Shown here: in pieces, positions 53,086-63,101 of the stretch
Layout: each line of letters starts with the position of its first letter
Position numbering within the stretch: position 1 is the stretch's first letter
DNA from: an uncultured delta proteobacterium
GTDB lineage: Bacteria > Myxococcota_A > Polyangia > Polyangiales > B10-G4
Assembly (NCBI GenBank): GCA_963727445.1
Contig: CAVSGI010000004.1
Location: forward strand, 1 to 64,000
Direction: 5' to 3'
DNA: 64,000 nt
Notes under the pieces: model-generated
The model's input: only the letters and a program-made list of their open reading frames with translations
Told to the model about the DNA's origin: nothing
Databases searched by the model: none
Translations under genes and position numbers: made by a program

Positions 53086-55278
53086 TCACTCCACACTTAT
53101 CGTGCTGAGAATTCCCTGCAACCGATCGTGCATCTCGGCCTCGGCCTCGGGATCGTCCAGGGGCGTGCGTTCCCCCGGGTCGGCGTCCACGTCGAAGAGC
53201 TGCTCTTCGTGGGTGGAGCGGTTCCAGATCAGCTTGTACTGATCGTAGTACAGGGCTGCGAGTCGGTCCGGCCGTCCGATCGCGACCTCCAGCTCGGCGA
53301 TGATCGGCCGATGCGGCGCAGGCTCGTGCCCGAGCGTCGTGAAGAGGAGACTTCGCCCGTGAAGCTCCATCCCTTCGCGCTCCTCGGCGCCAGTGAGATC
53401 GAGAAGCGTGGGAAGAATGTCGACGAGGGAAACCCGATCCGGGTATCGAGCAGGCGGCTCGCCCGGCACCCGGACCAGGAGCGGGACGTGAAGGCTCTCG
53501 GCGTAGAGTTTCTTCCCGTGGAGCGTGTCCCCGTGCTCGAGAAACTCCTCGCCGTGGTCGCTGAAGAACACCACGATCGTGTCGTCGAGCCAGCCCTCGG
53601 CGTCGAGCGAGTTCATCAAGAGCCCGAGATGATGATCGGCGTAGCGGATCTCGGAGTCGTACGACGCCATGGGGCCGGGGCCGAAGGTCTGTAGCTCGGG
53701 GTGCGGCTGGTACGGAATGTGGGGCGCTTCGTAGTGGAGGTAGAGCAGGAACGGCTCGTCCTTGTTTCGGTCGTTGAGCAGGTCGAGCGCCATGGCGGTG
53801 GTGAAGGGGCCGGCGTGCTGGCCGTGCTCTCGCCAGGTGAACATTTCGTACGCGCCGTCGTAGTGGGAGAAGCCCTGGCTCATGGTCGGGGTGAAGCGCC
53901 TCAGCCACTCGTCGACCACGGCGAACGTCTGATAGCCGGCGTCCGTGTAGAGCTCCGCCAGCATGATGTTGGCCGGGCTCACGTCGTTGACCCGAGGCCT
54001 GGGAACCCATTCGATGCCGCTGGGGTAGCGTCCGGTGAAGACGGATGCGATCGAGAGGCGCGTCGTCGATGAAGGTGCGATCGCGTTCTCGAACACCCAG
54101 CTCTCGCGGGCGAGGGTGTCGAGATAGGGCGTGATCCGTCTGGAATATCCCATGAAGCCCATGTGGTCGGCGCGGGTCGCATCGAAGCACACGAGGATGA
54201 TGTTGTATTTCTTCTGCTTGGATTCGGGGATCGCGCGATATCGCGGATCAGGTATCGCCCAGACGGCCGTCTGACTCGTGGCGTCTCGACCATCGCAGTT
54301 CTCGTCGATGCCGTTTCCCGGAATGTCCCGAACGGTAGGGCCGATGGAACCATCGAAGCCGGCACAGTCGCGACCTCCGAACAGGGCGCTCACTCCGTCG
54401 AAGTCGAAGTCCGTCAGGCGCTGGGCCGAGCGGAGGGCGAGCGCCGCCGGATCGTGACGGGATGCGATGTAGCTCGCGGCATCGACGTGTCCTTGGAGCA
54501 GGGCGGCGGCGGATGTGATGCATCCGATGGTGAAGATCACCGATACCCCGGTGAGCCACCAGCTGGAAGCCACCTGCCCGACCCACCCACGCAGTGTTCG
54601 CGGGAGGAGGAGGAATAGACCCCAGACGAAGAGAGCTACGCAAGCGTAGCCACCCAGCCAGGGGATGATGACGAGCTGCGCCAGGAGGCTGGAGTAGGCC
54701 GCGATCAGCCACGCGGATGTCGCACCCAGCAGGCTCGCCCATCCCAGCACCGAAAGAGGAAATGCGGCCGACGCGTTTCGGACCCGCGCCGGAAGCACCG
54801 CGCCCATCAGCCACACGAGCCCACTCGCGGTGGCCGCGCCGAATGCGCCGCTGATGCTCACCAACGCGGACGCAAAGGTGCGAATCTGAAAGGCGTCGGT
54901 CCGCTCCACCATGACGAACGCGGCGATGCCAGCCCCGACCGAAGCCATGAGGCTCGATATCGAGGCGCGAGCGAGCTTCGCGGCGCGCGTGCTCGGGTCT
55001 TCTTTCGAGCGTGCGGCGATCCAACGGCCTGCGACGATCGCCGGTATCGTGACGGCGGCAAGGACGAAGGAAGCGAAGGCGGTCAGGCCGAACGACGCCG
55101 AGGAAATCACCCAGGTGTCGGCTTCGAGCGCGTCCGCGTGGGATAGGATGGCTTCGGCGAGAGCCAACACCAGCCCGGAAGCCGAGCCAATCACCAGCCA
55201 CGACCGCCAGCCGACCAGCCGACGCCTGGTCTGGCTTTCCGCGCGATCCGTCGAAACTACAGGAACGAATTCCGCCAT
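53086..55278 (-). CDS. Membrane-anchored sulfatase-like hydrolase/transferase with Ca-binding GNGIDENCDG motif
   Basis: TM region, DFDFDG..GGRDC, DATRADH, APSSTTRLS, APHIPY and SDHGE. Confidence 0.9.
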   Translation of the reverse strand: MAEFVPVVSTDRAESQTRRRLVGWRSWLVIGSASGLVLALAEAILSHADALEADTWVISSASFGLTAFASFVLAAVTIPAIVAGRWIAARSKEDPSTRAAKLARASISSLMASVGAGIAAFVMVERTDAFQIRTFASALVSISGAFGAATASGLVWLMGAVLPARVRNASAAFPLSVLGWASLLGATSAWLIAAYSSLLAQLVIIPWLGGYACVALFVWGLFLLLPRTLRGWVGQVASSWWLTGVSVIFTIGCITSAAALLQGHVDAASYIASRHDPAALALRSAQRLTDFDFDGVSALFGGRDCAGFDGSIGPTVRDIPGNGIDENCDGRDATSQTAVWAIPDPRYRAIPESKQKKYNIILVCFDATRADHMGFMGYSRRITPYLDTLARESWVFENAIAPSSTTRLSIASVFTGRYPSGIEWVPRPRVNDVSPANIMLAELYTDAGYQTFAVVDEWLRRFTPTMSQGFSHYDGAYEMFTWREHGQHAGPFTTAMALDLLNDRNKDEPFLLYLHYEAPHIPYQPHPELQTFGPGPMASYDSEIRYADHHLGLLMNSLDAEGWLDDTIVVFFSDHGEEFLEHGDTLHGKKLYAESLHVPLLVRVPGEPPARYPDRVSLVDILPTLLDLTGAEEREGMELHGRSLLFTTLGHEPAPHRPIIAELEVAIGRPDRLAALYYDQYKLIWNRSTHEEQLFDVDADPGERTPLDDPEAEAEMHDRLQGILSTISVE

Positions 55279-55384
55279 CTCGTTGCCGACCGCATCATGC
55301 GAAAGGCCGAGTGTAACGTGACGGACACCCGGTCGGAAGAATCCCGTTGATGCATTACCACGAGAAAATCGGCATGGGGGCTCG

Positions 55385-56530
55385 ATGATCGAGCTCGCCG
55401 CCATCCTCGCCTTCATCTCGTTCTTCGTGCTCGTGTCGGTGGGGATCGCCATTCTATTCGTCTTTGCTCTCGGGACAGGAACGAGAAAGGGGGAGCGGTT
55501 GCGGGAGCTTGGGCAGAGGCTGGGCCTGAGCTCGGCGGGGCCCCGGTGGATCGCGGGGACGCGCGAGGGCGTGCAGTGCTCGGTTCGCTTCGTGACGGAG
55601 GGTAGCGGCGACAACAAATCGAGCTGGACGTACGTCGAAGCCACCATCGACCCACCCCTGCGCCTCGGCCTCAATCTGCGCGCGCAGCACTGGCTGGGCG
55701 CTGCCTTCTCCGATCTGCTGGGCGCGCCGGATCTGCGCGTGGGCGACGCGGCCTTCGACGAGGCGTTCCGGCTCAGCGCTCTGGAGAAGGACGAGGTCCC
55801 GTCCTTGTTCGACCCGCAGCTCCGCACGCACTGCCTGTGGGCTCACCGGTCCTTCACGCGCTTCTGGCTGACCGACGATCGCGTGCACGCCAGCCTTCGC
55901 GGGCACAGCGTCGACGAGACGAAGATCCAGACCTACCTCGATGGTGTCGTCCGCATCGCCCTCGACGCGCGCCGGGCGCGTCTGGCGATGGGCCCCACCG
56001 CCCGGGAGCAGCAGGTGATCGATTCCTGGGGTCAGCTGGCGATCGCCACCGGCTACCGCTTCGTCCCGCAGACCCTCGCGCTCTCGGGCGAGAGCGGGCG
56101 GCACGAGTTCACAGTCGTGCCCATCCTCGGCGCGAGCGGATGGTCGACGCGCTTCCGCGTCACCTTCGATCGGCCACTGGGGGTGGCGCTGCACGTGCGA
56201 CGCGAGCACGCCCTGGCCTCTCTGGGGCGGCTCTTCGGCATGACCGACATCGAGGTGGGTGACCCTCGCTTCGACGACTTCTTCACCATCAAGGGCAGCG
56301 ACCCCGACACCATTCGTCACATCTTCGGCGAGGAGTCTCTGCGCACCGCCATCCTCGAGCTCTTCGCGGCGGCCAAGAGCTTCGAGATCCACGACGAGCA
56401 CCTCGACGCCGAGGCGATGGGGCTGGTAGCCGACGGCGCGGCGCTCGACCGGTCGCTCAAATCGGTGGTCGCGATCGCCGAGGGGCTTCGGAGCCGTCTC
56501 GCCGTTCCCTCGGGCGGAGCGTATCGGTAG
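55385..56530 (+). CDS. Membrane-anchored hypothetical protein with a duplicated domain
   Basis: N-terminal TM, then two similar units containing DLRVGDAAFDEAF and DIEVGDPRFDDFF. Confidence 0.8.
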   Translation: MIELAAILAFISFFVLVSVGIAILFVFALGTGTRKGERLRELGQRLGLSSAGPRWIAGTREGVQCSVRFVTEGSGDNKSSWTYVEATIDPPLRLGLNLRAQHWLGAAFSDLLGAPDLRVGDAAFDEAFRLSALEKDEVPSLFDPQLRTHCLWAHRSFTRFWLTDDRVHASLRGHSVDETKIQTYLDGVVRIALDARRARLAMGPTAREQQVIDSWGQLAIATGYRFVPQTLALSGESGRHEFTVVPILGASGWSTRFRVTFDRPLGVALHVRREHALASLGRLFGMTDIEVGDPRFDDFFTIKGSDPDTIRHIFGEESLRTAILELFAAAKSFEIHDEHLDAEAMGLVADGAALDRSLKSVVAIAEGLRSRLAVPSGGAYR

Positions 56531-56567
56531 GGGAGGATGGCGCTCCTCGGCCCTCTCGCGCGCCTCG

Positions 56568-56576
56568 TGGTAGAAT
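56568..56576 (+). promoter_or_regulatory. Extended -10 promoter element
   Basis: TGGTAGAAT lies about 20 bp upstream of the response-regulator ATG. Confidence 0.4.
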
Positions 56577-56595
56577 CTAGCTTCGCGGGGGTCTC

Positions 56596-57315
56596 ATGGC
56601 GGATCATCAGCAGTTGAACATCCTGGTCATCGACGACGACCCGGCCATGCGCGAGCTTCTGGTGGACATCATCAAGAAGCGCGAGCATCAGGTCGTGGTC
56701 GCGGAGTCGGCGGAGGAGGGGCTCGAGCTCCTCCCTTACTGGACCTTTCAGGTCGCTTTCCTGGATCACAACCTCCCGGGCATGGAGGGCGTGGTCCTCG
56801 GCGAGTACCTGAGGCGCAACAACCCCGACATGACCATCGCGATGGTCACGGGGAGCGACGACCCGCGCGTCGAGAAGAAGAGCCGCAATCTGTCGCTGCG
56901 CTTCATCTCCAAACCCTTTTCGATGGACGACATCCTGCGCGTGATCGACGACACCGTCACCGCCGCCGAGGAGCGCGAGGAGCGGCGCAAGAAGGGTGAC
57001 GATCCCGACTACGAGCCCCCCATCGCGCGCTTCGTCGAGGATATCGAGGAGTGCTACGGCATCCCCAAGGTGCCCTCGCGCATCCAGGGCCGCCTCATCG
57101 AGACGCTCAAGCGCTCCTTGAACAATCTCCGGACAGCGAGCCGCTACACCGAGCGTGATCGCGTCGTCGCGCTCTCGGGGCTCTTGACGGCGCGAGTCCT
57201 CGGGGTGGATCTGCCCAAGAGCTCCGCAGGGCGGACGCTCTACGAAGAGTACGACGAGCTCATGAAGGAGCGCGGCCGGCGCACCGAGTTCGAGATCCGC
57301 GGCGCGGCCGAATAG
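56596..57315 (+). CDS. Response regulator (receiver plus uncharacterised C-terminal domain)
   Basis: ILVIDDD, FLDHNLPGMEG, MVTG and SKPF. Confidence 0.92.
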   Translation: MADHQQLNILVIDDDPAMRELLVDIIKKREHQVVVAESAEEGLELLPYWTFQVAFLDHNLPGMEGVVLGEYLRRNNPDMTIAMVTGSDDPRVEKKSRNLSLRFISKPFSMDDILRVIDDTVTAAEEREERRKKGDDPDYEPPIARFVEDIEECYGIPKVPSRIQGRLIETLKRSLNNLRTASRYTERDRVVALSGLLTARVLGVDLPKSSAGRTLYEEYDELMKERGRRTEFEIRGAAE

Positions 57316-57326
57316 CGGGCGTCAGG

Positions 57327-58388
57327 TCACCTCGAGGCCCGCGTCGAAGCGCGGGCATGCCTGAGCAGCGTGCGTAGAGCGTCGACGTCGAGGGTCCCTT
57401 CCCAACGCTGCGACTCCCCGCCGACCCGCGCGACCCAGCTCACGTCGTGACAGCTCAGCCCGACCGCCACCTCGACGACGTCCGGGCCCCGCGAGAAGCG
57501 ATAGCCCTCCCACGTCGCGTTCTCCGCGGCGCACGCTCGTGCGCTGACCGGGCTGTAGCTGCGAGCCGCGACGAGGACCTCCGCCACATCGCCCGCTTGG
57601 CCACGCGCGACGCGTCGGGCTCGCCCCTGTATCGGGTGACCGGCGATCTGCCGGCCCGTACGCTGGCGCGTCGGCCCGCGCAGCAGGGCGCGCTCCACGT
57701 GAGTTGGCGCGGTCACGATCGCGACGACATCGTCGCCGAGCTGCCGCGAAGGCGTCGGTTCGGCCGCGCGAGGCGACCGCGTGTCGTCGGCCTGCGCCGG
57801 CCGCGGGTCGAACGCGCCGCTCCGGCAGAGCACGGACGCTTCGTCGTCACACTCGAGCAAGCGATCCCAGAGCTGCCCCGACGTCACATCGAAAGGCGCC
57901 CACGCGCCCGAGGCGGGCGTCCGGCCGACGAGCGCGCCGAGCGTCGTTCGCTGACCCATCTGGTTACACCCCTCGTTCGCGATGGCCACGGGGACGGTGG
58001 AGCGCCGGTAGCGCGTCGCCAACCGTTCGAATACCGGGCGCGCCAGCCCTTCGAGCGCGGCGAGCGCGTACACACGACCCGCTGGCGTCGCGTGCCGTAC
58101 GAGCGCTCGGAGGACAGGCACCCGTGCGTCTTCGGGGAGGCTGCGGAGCAGGTTGCGAATCCCCACGACCTCGCGGAGCGGAGCGCCGGTGACCCCGTAA
58201 TGAAAACCGCCCACGTGCTCCGCGAGGAGCACCGCGCGTGCGTCGTCCATCGCGTCGGCGGGGACCCCCCGTGCCCGGAGCGTGCGGATGACGCGCTCGG
58301 GCACGTCGCGTTGAGCGCGGGCCTCCGTGGCTCGCGAGAGGAGGAGGCCGAAGACCAGAGCACACCTGCACAAACCGCCCAGCATCAA
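57327..58388 (-). CDS. Hypothetical secreted protein
   Basis: 353-aa ORF with a signal-peptide-like N-terminus. Confidence 0.6.
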   Translation of the reverse strand: MMLGGLCRCALVFGLLLSRATEARAQRDVPERVIRTLRARGVPADAMDDARAVLLAEHVGGFHYGVTGAPLREVVGIRNLLRSLPEDARVPVLRALVRHATPAGRVYALAALEGLARPVFERLATRYRRSTVPVAIANEGCNQMGQRTTLGALVGRTPASGAWAPFDVTSGQLWDRLLECDDEASVLCRSGAFDPRPAQADDTRSPRAAEPTPSRQLGDDVVAIVTAPTHVERALLRGPTRQRTGRQIAGHPIQGRARRVARGQAGDVAEVLVAARSYSPVSARACAAENATWEGYRFSRGPDVVEVAVGLSCHDVSWVARVGGESQRWEGTLDVDALRTLLRHARASTRASR

Positions 58389-58394
58389 GACGGT

Positions 58395-59135
58395 TCAAGC
58401 GAGATCCATGCCCACGCGTAACCACGAGATCGTTCGCACATCGAGGCGGACGCGTCCGCCCGCGACTCTCGATCGCGCAATCCTTGCCCTCTCGATACGG
58501 CACCGACGGCGCAGGGCGCCTGGGTCAGCGTCCCCTTCGAAGGCGTGCCTCGGAGCGCTCCCGCTTACGGAGCGTCTCGTCGTCCGAACGCTCTCCGTCA
58601 CGCACGACACGCGCCACCGCGGGACGCGCGGGAGCAAAGCGACCGCGAACGGCGCCATGGCCGCGGCGCCCGTGACCACGCGATGGGTCATGACGGTGGT
58701 CTGGTAGAGGTCTCGGTAGGCGAAATCGCGGTCCTCTGGATCGGTCGACGTTGCGAGCGTCTCGAGCGCCAGCGGGATCCAGGTGCTCTTCCCCTCGCCG
58801 CTCTTCATCTTCTTCCAGTCGATATCGTCGAGTCCCACCAGATCGAACGCGAGCTCCGTCTCACGGGCACGCTCGCGCACGACGGGGACGTCGACCTCGC
58901 GCGCCTTTGGAATCGAGCAGGCCGCCCGCACGGCGACGTAGTCGTTGGACTTCTCTACTGGCGCGCCGCACATCATCAGCGTCCACTCGCCAACGGTCGT
59001 CGATGAGGTCGCGCATTGGATGCGATTATCACAGCGACGATCGGATAGCACCGCGAGGGATGCGCGGGCCGGGAAGGTTCTCGACGAAGCCGTCGTATTC
59101 GTCGTATCCAGACCCCGGGTTGCATCCGCAGCCAT
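58395..59135 (-). pseudogene. Degraded or frameshifted gene containing a HEAT-like helical segment
   Basis: The central LDDIDWKKM...IPLALETL...APFAVALL segment looks like a real domain, but the flanks look non-coding. Confidence 0.35.
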
Positions 59136-59149
59136 TCAGGAGATACCCG

Positions 59150-61231
59150 ATGACCTCACGAGAGAGCGCGCAGCTCGACATCACCGGCTCCGACTTGGCG
59201 CAGCTCGATGACGCGGGGGAGTTGCAGGGCGTGGTCGCGCTCAATCTGAGCCAGCCGACGCTGGAGAACCTGGAGCGGCTCGCCAAGAGCGCCACGCGGC
59301 TCGAGCGCCTCGTCCTCGGGCCCGGCTCGCCGCCTCTCGGTCTGGACGGCCTCGAAGTCTTGAGCAACGGCGCCTTCGAGCTGACTCATCTCGTGATGCC
59401 TCGCCAGAATCTCAAGGGCGCCAAGGCCGGGAAGCTGCTGGGGGGGGCAGCCTTCGAGAAGTTGGAGTATCTCGACGTCGGCGACAACCCGCTCACGGAT
59501 GCGTTCTTCAAGGCATTCGTGTCTCGTCCCCGTCCGACCCTTCACCATCTCGGATTGCGCTCGGTGAAGATGGGAAAGAAGGGGTTCGCCCAGTTGGCTG
59601 CCTCGTCGAGCTTTCCCGTCCTGGAGACGCTGTGGCTGGAAGCCGACGGCGCGCGAGCGATCGGTGGCGAGGCGGCGGCTATCGGGGAGTCCGGGAATTT
59701 CCGCAGCCTCCTCCGGCTGAACATGCAGGGGCTTGGTCTCGACAACGACGCGGTCGCGGGCCTCCTCGGCGCGAGCGGACTCCCCCGGCTCCACGAGCTC
59801 CACCTGGGCAGCAACGGGAACCTCGATCTGCCCGCCCTGATTCCCCGTCTGCCTGAGAGACTCTCGATGCCCCTGCGGAGGATCGACTTCCCCGGGTGGA
59901 CGAACGCCGATCTCCCCTGGGAGAGGCTCTCTTGGATGGCCGATCTGACGGTCTTCAAGAGCGAGGGCGGGTTGGTGGAGACAGGCGCCGAGGCCTTCAT
60001 TGCACGTGCGCCCCTGACGAATCTCACGGGCCTCGATCTTCGATTCTGCAAGCTCTCTCGCGCGGCCGTGGCGTTGCTCGCGAAGGTTCCCTTCGCACGG
60101 CTCCGACAGCTCGTCCTCTATCATACGCAGCTTTTCCCCGACGTGATCGGTCCGCTGCTCGAAGCCCCCTGGCTTTCGGACCTCGAGGCCATCTCGGTCG
60201 AGTCCGCAGAGGTGGGCGAGGACGCGCTCTCCGCTCTCTCGACGAGGACCACCTTCGACGGGCATCTGCGCGTACTGCCCGGCTGGACCAGCACGAGGAT
60301 CAATCGATTCGAGAGCGCTCCGTCTCCGGCACCCGACGAGGTGGCGCCGCAGGCAACGGAGGTGGCCGACCGGGCCTCCGCCCAGACCACGCCACCATCA
60401 GCCTCGAGCGATGACCCCTCGACGTCACCGGACGACTCCGCGGCGCCGTCCCTGCCCTCTGCCAAAGAGGCAGCACCGGCAGTTCTCGCGCTCCTACGAG
60501 CTCGATGCGAGGCCTCGTTCGGTGCAGGCAAGCTCCGCAAGCGTGATCTCGTCTTCGATCGTGGCGAGTGGAAGATGCGAGTGGCGATCAAGCCATTGCC
60601 ACGCCGCCAGATATCCGCTCTCGATCCGCACGAGCGTGTGGGAACCCTGCTCCACGTCCAGGTCGTGATCCGGATCACCGCCATCGAGCGCGTCTTGTCG
60701 CCAACCATGAGCGACAAGGACTTCGCGAGACTGGCGCTCGACACGGACGCGACGATCAAGCCGACGTTGCACGGACTGGTTCCATCGCCTGCCGACAAGC
60801 ACTTCTGGCGGCTCGAAGACGTGGGGGGGCTCGAGAGGATGGCGAGCCGAATCGCTGAGAGGCTCGAATCCATATCGCCGATGATGCACCCCGTGTCGGA
60901 TCTTGCGGTCTATGCAGCGCTGAACGACTCGATGCTCCTTCGGACCGACATCGTCGCCGACGCTACCGATGCGATGCGGTCTCGCGCGTCGTCCAGCGCG
61001 TGGCTGTCGTTTCTGCCTGCCAGTGGCCTCGTGGCAGCGCTCGCATTCTCCATTGCTGGGGATGAGGAGCGAGCCAAGCAGGCGTTGGAGGTATGGGCTA
61101 CGAATCCGAACAACCTCGACGCGAGCCCACACCTGGCAAACGCAGCGGGGATCAACCTTGCCGAACGTTACGCCTGTGCGCAGCGCGTGGGCACCCTCGT
61201 CGGTGTGGATCTGCCGGCGCCGTCACCCTGA
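59150..61231 (+). CDS. Leucine-rich repeat protein with unknown C-terminal domain
   Basis: LxxLxLxxN-type repeats (LEYLDVGDNPL, LHELHLGSN, LTGLDLRFC) and an AGGAG RBS. Confidence 0.88.
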   Translation: MTSRESAQLDITGSDLAQLDDAGELQGVVALNLSQPTLENLERLAKSATRLERLVLGPGSPPLGLDGLEVLSNGAFELTHLVMPRQNLKGAKAGKLLGGAAFEKLEYLDVGDNPLTDAFFKAFVSRPRPTLHHLGLRSVKMGKKGFAQLAASSSFPVLETLWLEADGARAIGGEAAAIGESGNFRSLLRLNMQGLGLDNDAVAGLLGASGLPRLHELHLGSNGNLDLPALIPRLPERLSMPLRRIDFPGWTNADLPWERLSWMADLTVFKSEGGLVETGAEAFIARAPLTNLTGLDLRFCKLSRAAVALLAKVPFARLRQLVLYHTQLFPDVIGPLLEAPWLSDLEAISVESAEVGEDALSALSTRTTFDGHLRVLPGWTSTRINRFESAPSPAPDEVAPQATEVADRASAQTTPPSASSDDPSTSPDDSAAPSLPSAKEAAPAVLALLRARCEASFGAGKLRKRDLVFDRGEWKMRVAIKPLPRRQISALDPHERVGTLLHVQVVIRITAIERVLSPTMSDKDFARLALDTDATIKPTLHGLVPSPADKHFWRLEDVGGLERMASRIAERLESISPMMHPVSDLAVYAALNDSMLLRTDIVADATDAMRSRASSSAWLSFLPASGLVAALAFSIAGDEERAKQALEVWATNPNNLDASPHLANAAGINLAERYACAQRVGTLVGVDLPAPSP

Positions 61232-61296
61232 GCGTCCGGGCGCGCTTTTCGTGGCCGCGCTTTGAATGGTGGGCCCCCTCTCCACAACCGCAAACC

Positions 61297-62556
61297 GTGC
61301 GCTCCGCTGTCCCGCTCCTTCTCCTCGGGCTCTTTGCCTGCCTCGCCTCCGTGTTTGCGCTCGGCTGTCGCCCGAGCGTGACGTGCGGGGCGGGGACGCA
61401 CCTCGCCCGGGACACCTGCGTCCCCGACACCCTCGCCGCCGACGGCGGGCTCGAAGACGCAGCGGCGCACGACGGCTCTCCCGACGATGGATTGCTGTCC
61501 GATGGAAGCGCTCGGGACGCGACCACGACGCGCGACGGTGGCGAGCCAGGCGACCTCCAGGACGGCGACCCTTGCCCCATCGACGCCAGCGGGAACAGCA
61601 CGCTGAGCCCATCCTGCGTGGGCGACTCGTTGCGCTATTGCAGCGGCGACTACGTGCGCATCACCGACTGCACCGAGCTCGGCGATCGCTGCCTCCCCGG
61701 CGCCACCGCGAGCGACCTCCCGCGCTGCGACGGAGGTGTGTATACGGCGTGCCACGTCTCGACGACCAGCACCACGTGCGCCGACAGCAGCCACGCGCTC
61801 CTCTGCGCCGGCGGCTACCCCAACGCCGCCGGCTTCACGTACACCATCGCGTGCGCCACGTTCGGCCCCGGCTACACGTGCCTGATGAGCACCACCGAAG
61901 GCGGCTGCTACCCGCCGGGCACGGTCCCCTGTGACGCGGCGAGCGCCGGGTCCCATTGCAGCGCGGACGGCGCGTCCATCGTCACGTGCAACGACGGCCT
62001 CGAGTACACAGTGCCCTGCGACAGCCGGACGCCGGGGTCGGTGTGCGATCTCGGTCCGGGCGACGAGCCCGTTTGCATCCTCCCAGGCGCGATGCGCTGC
62101 GAGCCCGGCACGATCGTGAGCCGCTGCATCAGCGACACAGTCATCGAGGAGTGCGATTACACGACCGCGCACGTCGGGACGTTCAGCTGCAACAGGGGCA
62201 CGCGATGCCGCGTGAGCGAGCTCGGCTTCGCGGAGTGTGTCCCCGACACGGCGATGTCCTGCGACCCCGCGACGGCGACGGCGCGTTGCGTCGATCACGA
62301 TCAGCTCGCGCGCTGCGACACCCGTGGATTCGAGGAGTTTCTCGACTGCACGACCGTGGGCATCGGATACCGTTGCGTCCCCGACTCGCCTGCGCGCTGC
62401 GACATGGTCACGGATTGCGACCCCTCGACTTTCGTGCCGACCTGCGACGGCGAAGTGGCCCAGAACTGCGAGCCCGGCGGATGGATCTCGGAGCAGGCGT
62501 GCGATCCATTCGTCCCCTGCCGCGTCGTCGACGGCGATGCAGGTTGCGCGTCCTGA
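61297..62556 (+). CDS. Cys-rich repeat lipoprotein
   Basis: Lipobox ALGC and about seven ~48-aa units, each with about six Cys. Confidence 0.85.
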   Translation: MRSAVPLLLLGLFACLASVFALGCRPSVTCGAGTHLARDTCVPDTLAADGGLEDAAAHDGSPDDGLLSDGSARDATTTRDGGEPGDLQDGDPCPIDASGNSTLSPSCVGDSLRYCSGDYVRITDCTELGDRCLPGATASDLPRCDGGVYTACHVSTTSTTCADSSHALLCAGGYPNAAGFTYTIACATFGPGYTCLMSTTEGGCYPPGTVPCDAASAGSHCSADGASIVTCNDGLEYTVPCDSRTPGSVCDLGPGDEPVCILPGAMRCEPGTIVSRCISDTVIEECDYTTAHVGTFSCNRGTRCRVSELGFAECVPDTAMSCDPATATARCVDHDQLARCDTRGFEEFLDCTTVGIGYRCVPDSPARCDMVTDCDPSTFVPTCDGEVAQNCEPGGWISEQACDPFVPCRVVDGDAGCAS

Positions 62557-62603
62557 GCCCCGTGACCGTGAGCCGGTTACGGTTTTCCCCGCGCCGCCCT
62601 GCT

Positions 62604-62783
62604 ATGAGAACGACCACTTCATCCGCGAGCTTCGCATGGGAAGTCCTCGGCACGGTCGGCGCCCTGGTCGCCTCCGTCATCTGCGCCTTCGCTTTCAACA
62701 TCGTCGCGCCGATGATCGGCGGCATCCCGTTGTGGCTTCGGGTGGACACGTCGAAGCTGGCGGGTGGCGAGAAGAAGGCGTAG
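62604..62783 (+). CDS. 59-aa small membrane protein
   Basis: MRTTTSSASFAWEVLGTVGALVASVICAFAFNIVAPMIGGIPLWLRVD... Confidence 0.5.
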   Translation: MRTTTSSASFAWEVLGTVGALVASVICAFAFNIVAPMIGGIPLWLRVDTSKLAGGEKKA

Positions 62784-63101
62784 GCCTGCGACGGACCGAC
62801 CGCTCGATGCATGAGCCGATCAGCCTGGGGGGAAGACGAGTGCGTCCCCATCCAAACCGAAGTCATCGAGAAGCGCACCAGCACCGCCCGGCCAACGATG
62901 AGGAGCGTCGGCATGGATCGGGTTTGGATGATGTCCTGCGTCACGGGAGCGTCGCCGAAGATCCGGACACGGGGGCCGCGGCGGCGCGAAAGGTGCTCTC
63001 AGAACCGGGAGCCCGGAGCGTTCTGGGCGTCGCCATGCACACCTTTTCCTACATGATTTCTATGCGAGCTGCCAGGTACACGCGTTGCACGCCCCACTCG
63101 C

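Noticed and set aside
62849..62930. Integron attC site
   Set aside because: The ends do not fit RYYYAAC/GTTRRRY, and there is no cassette array or integrase.
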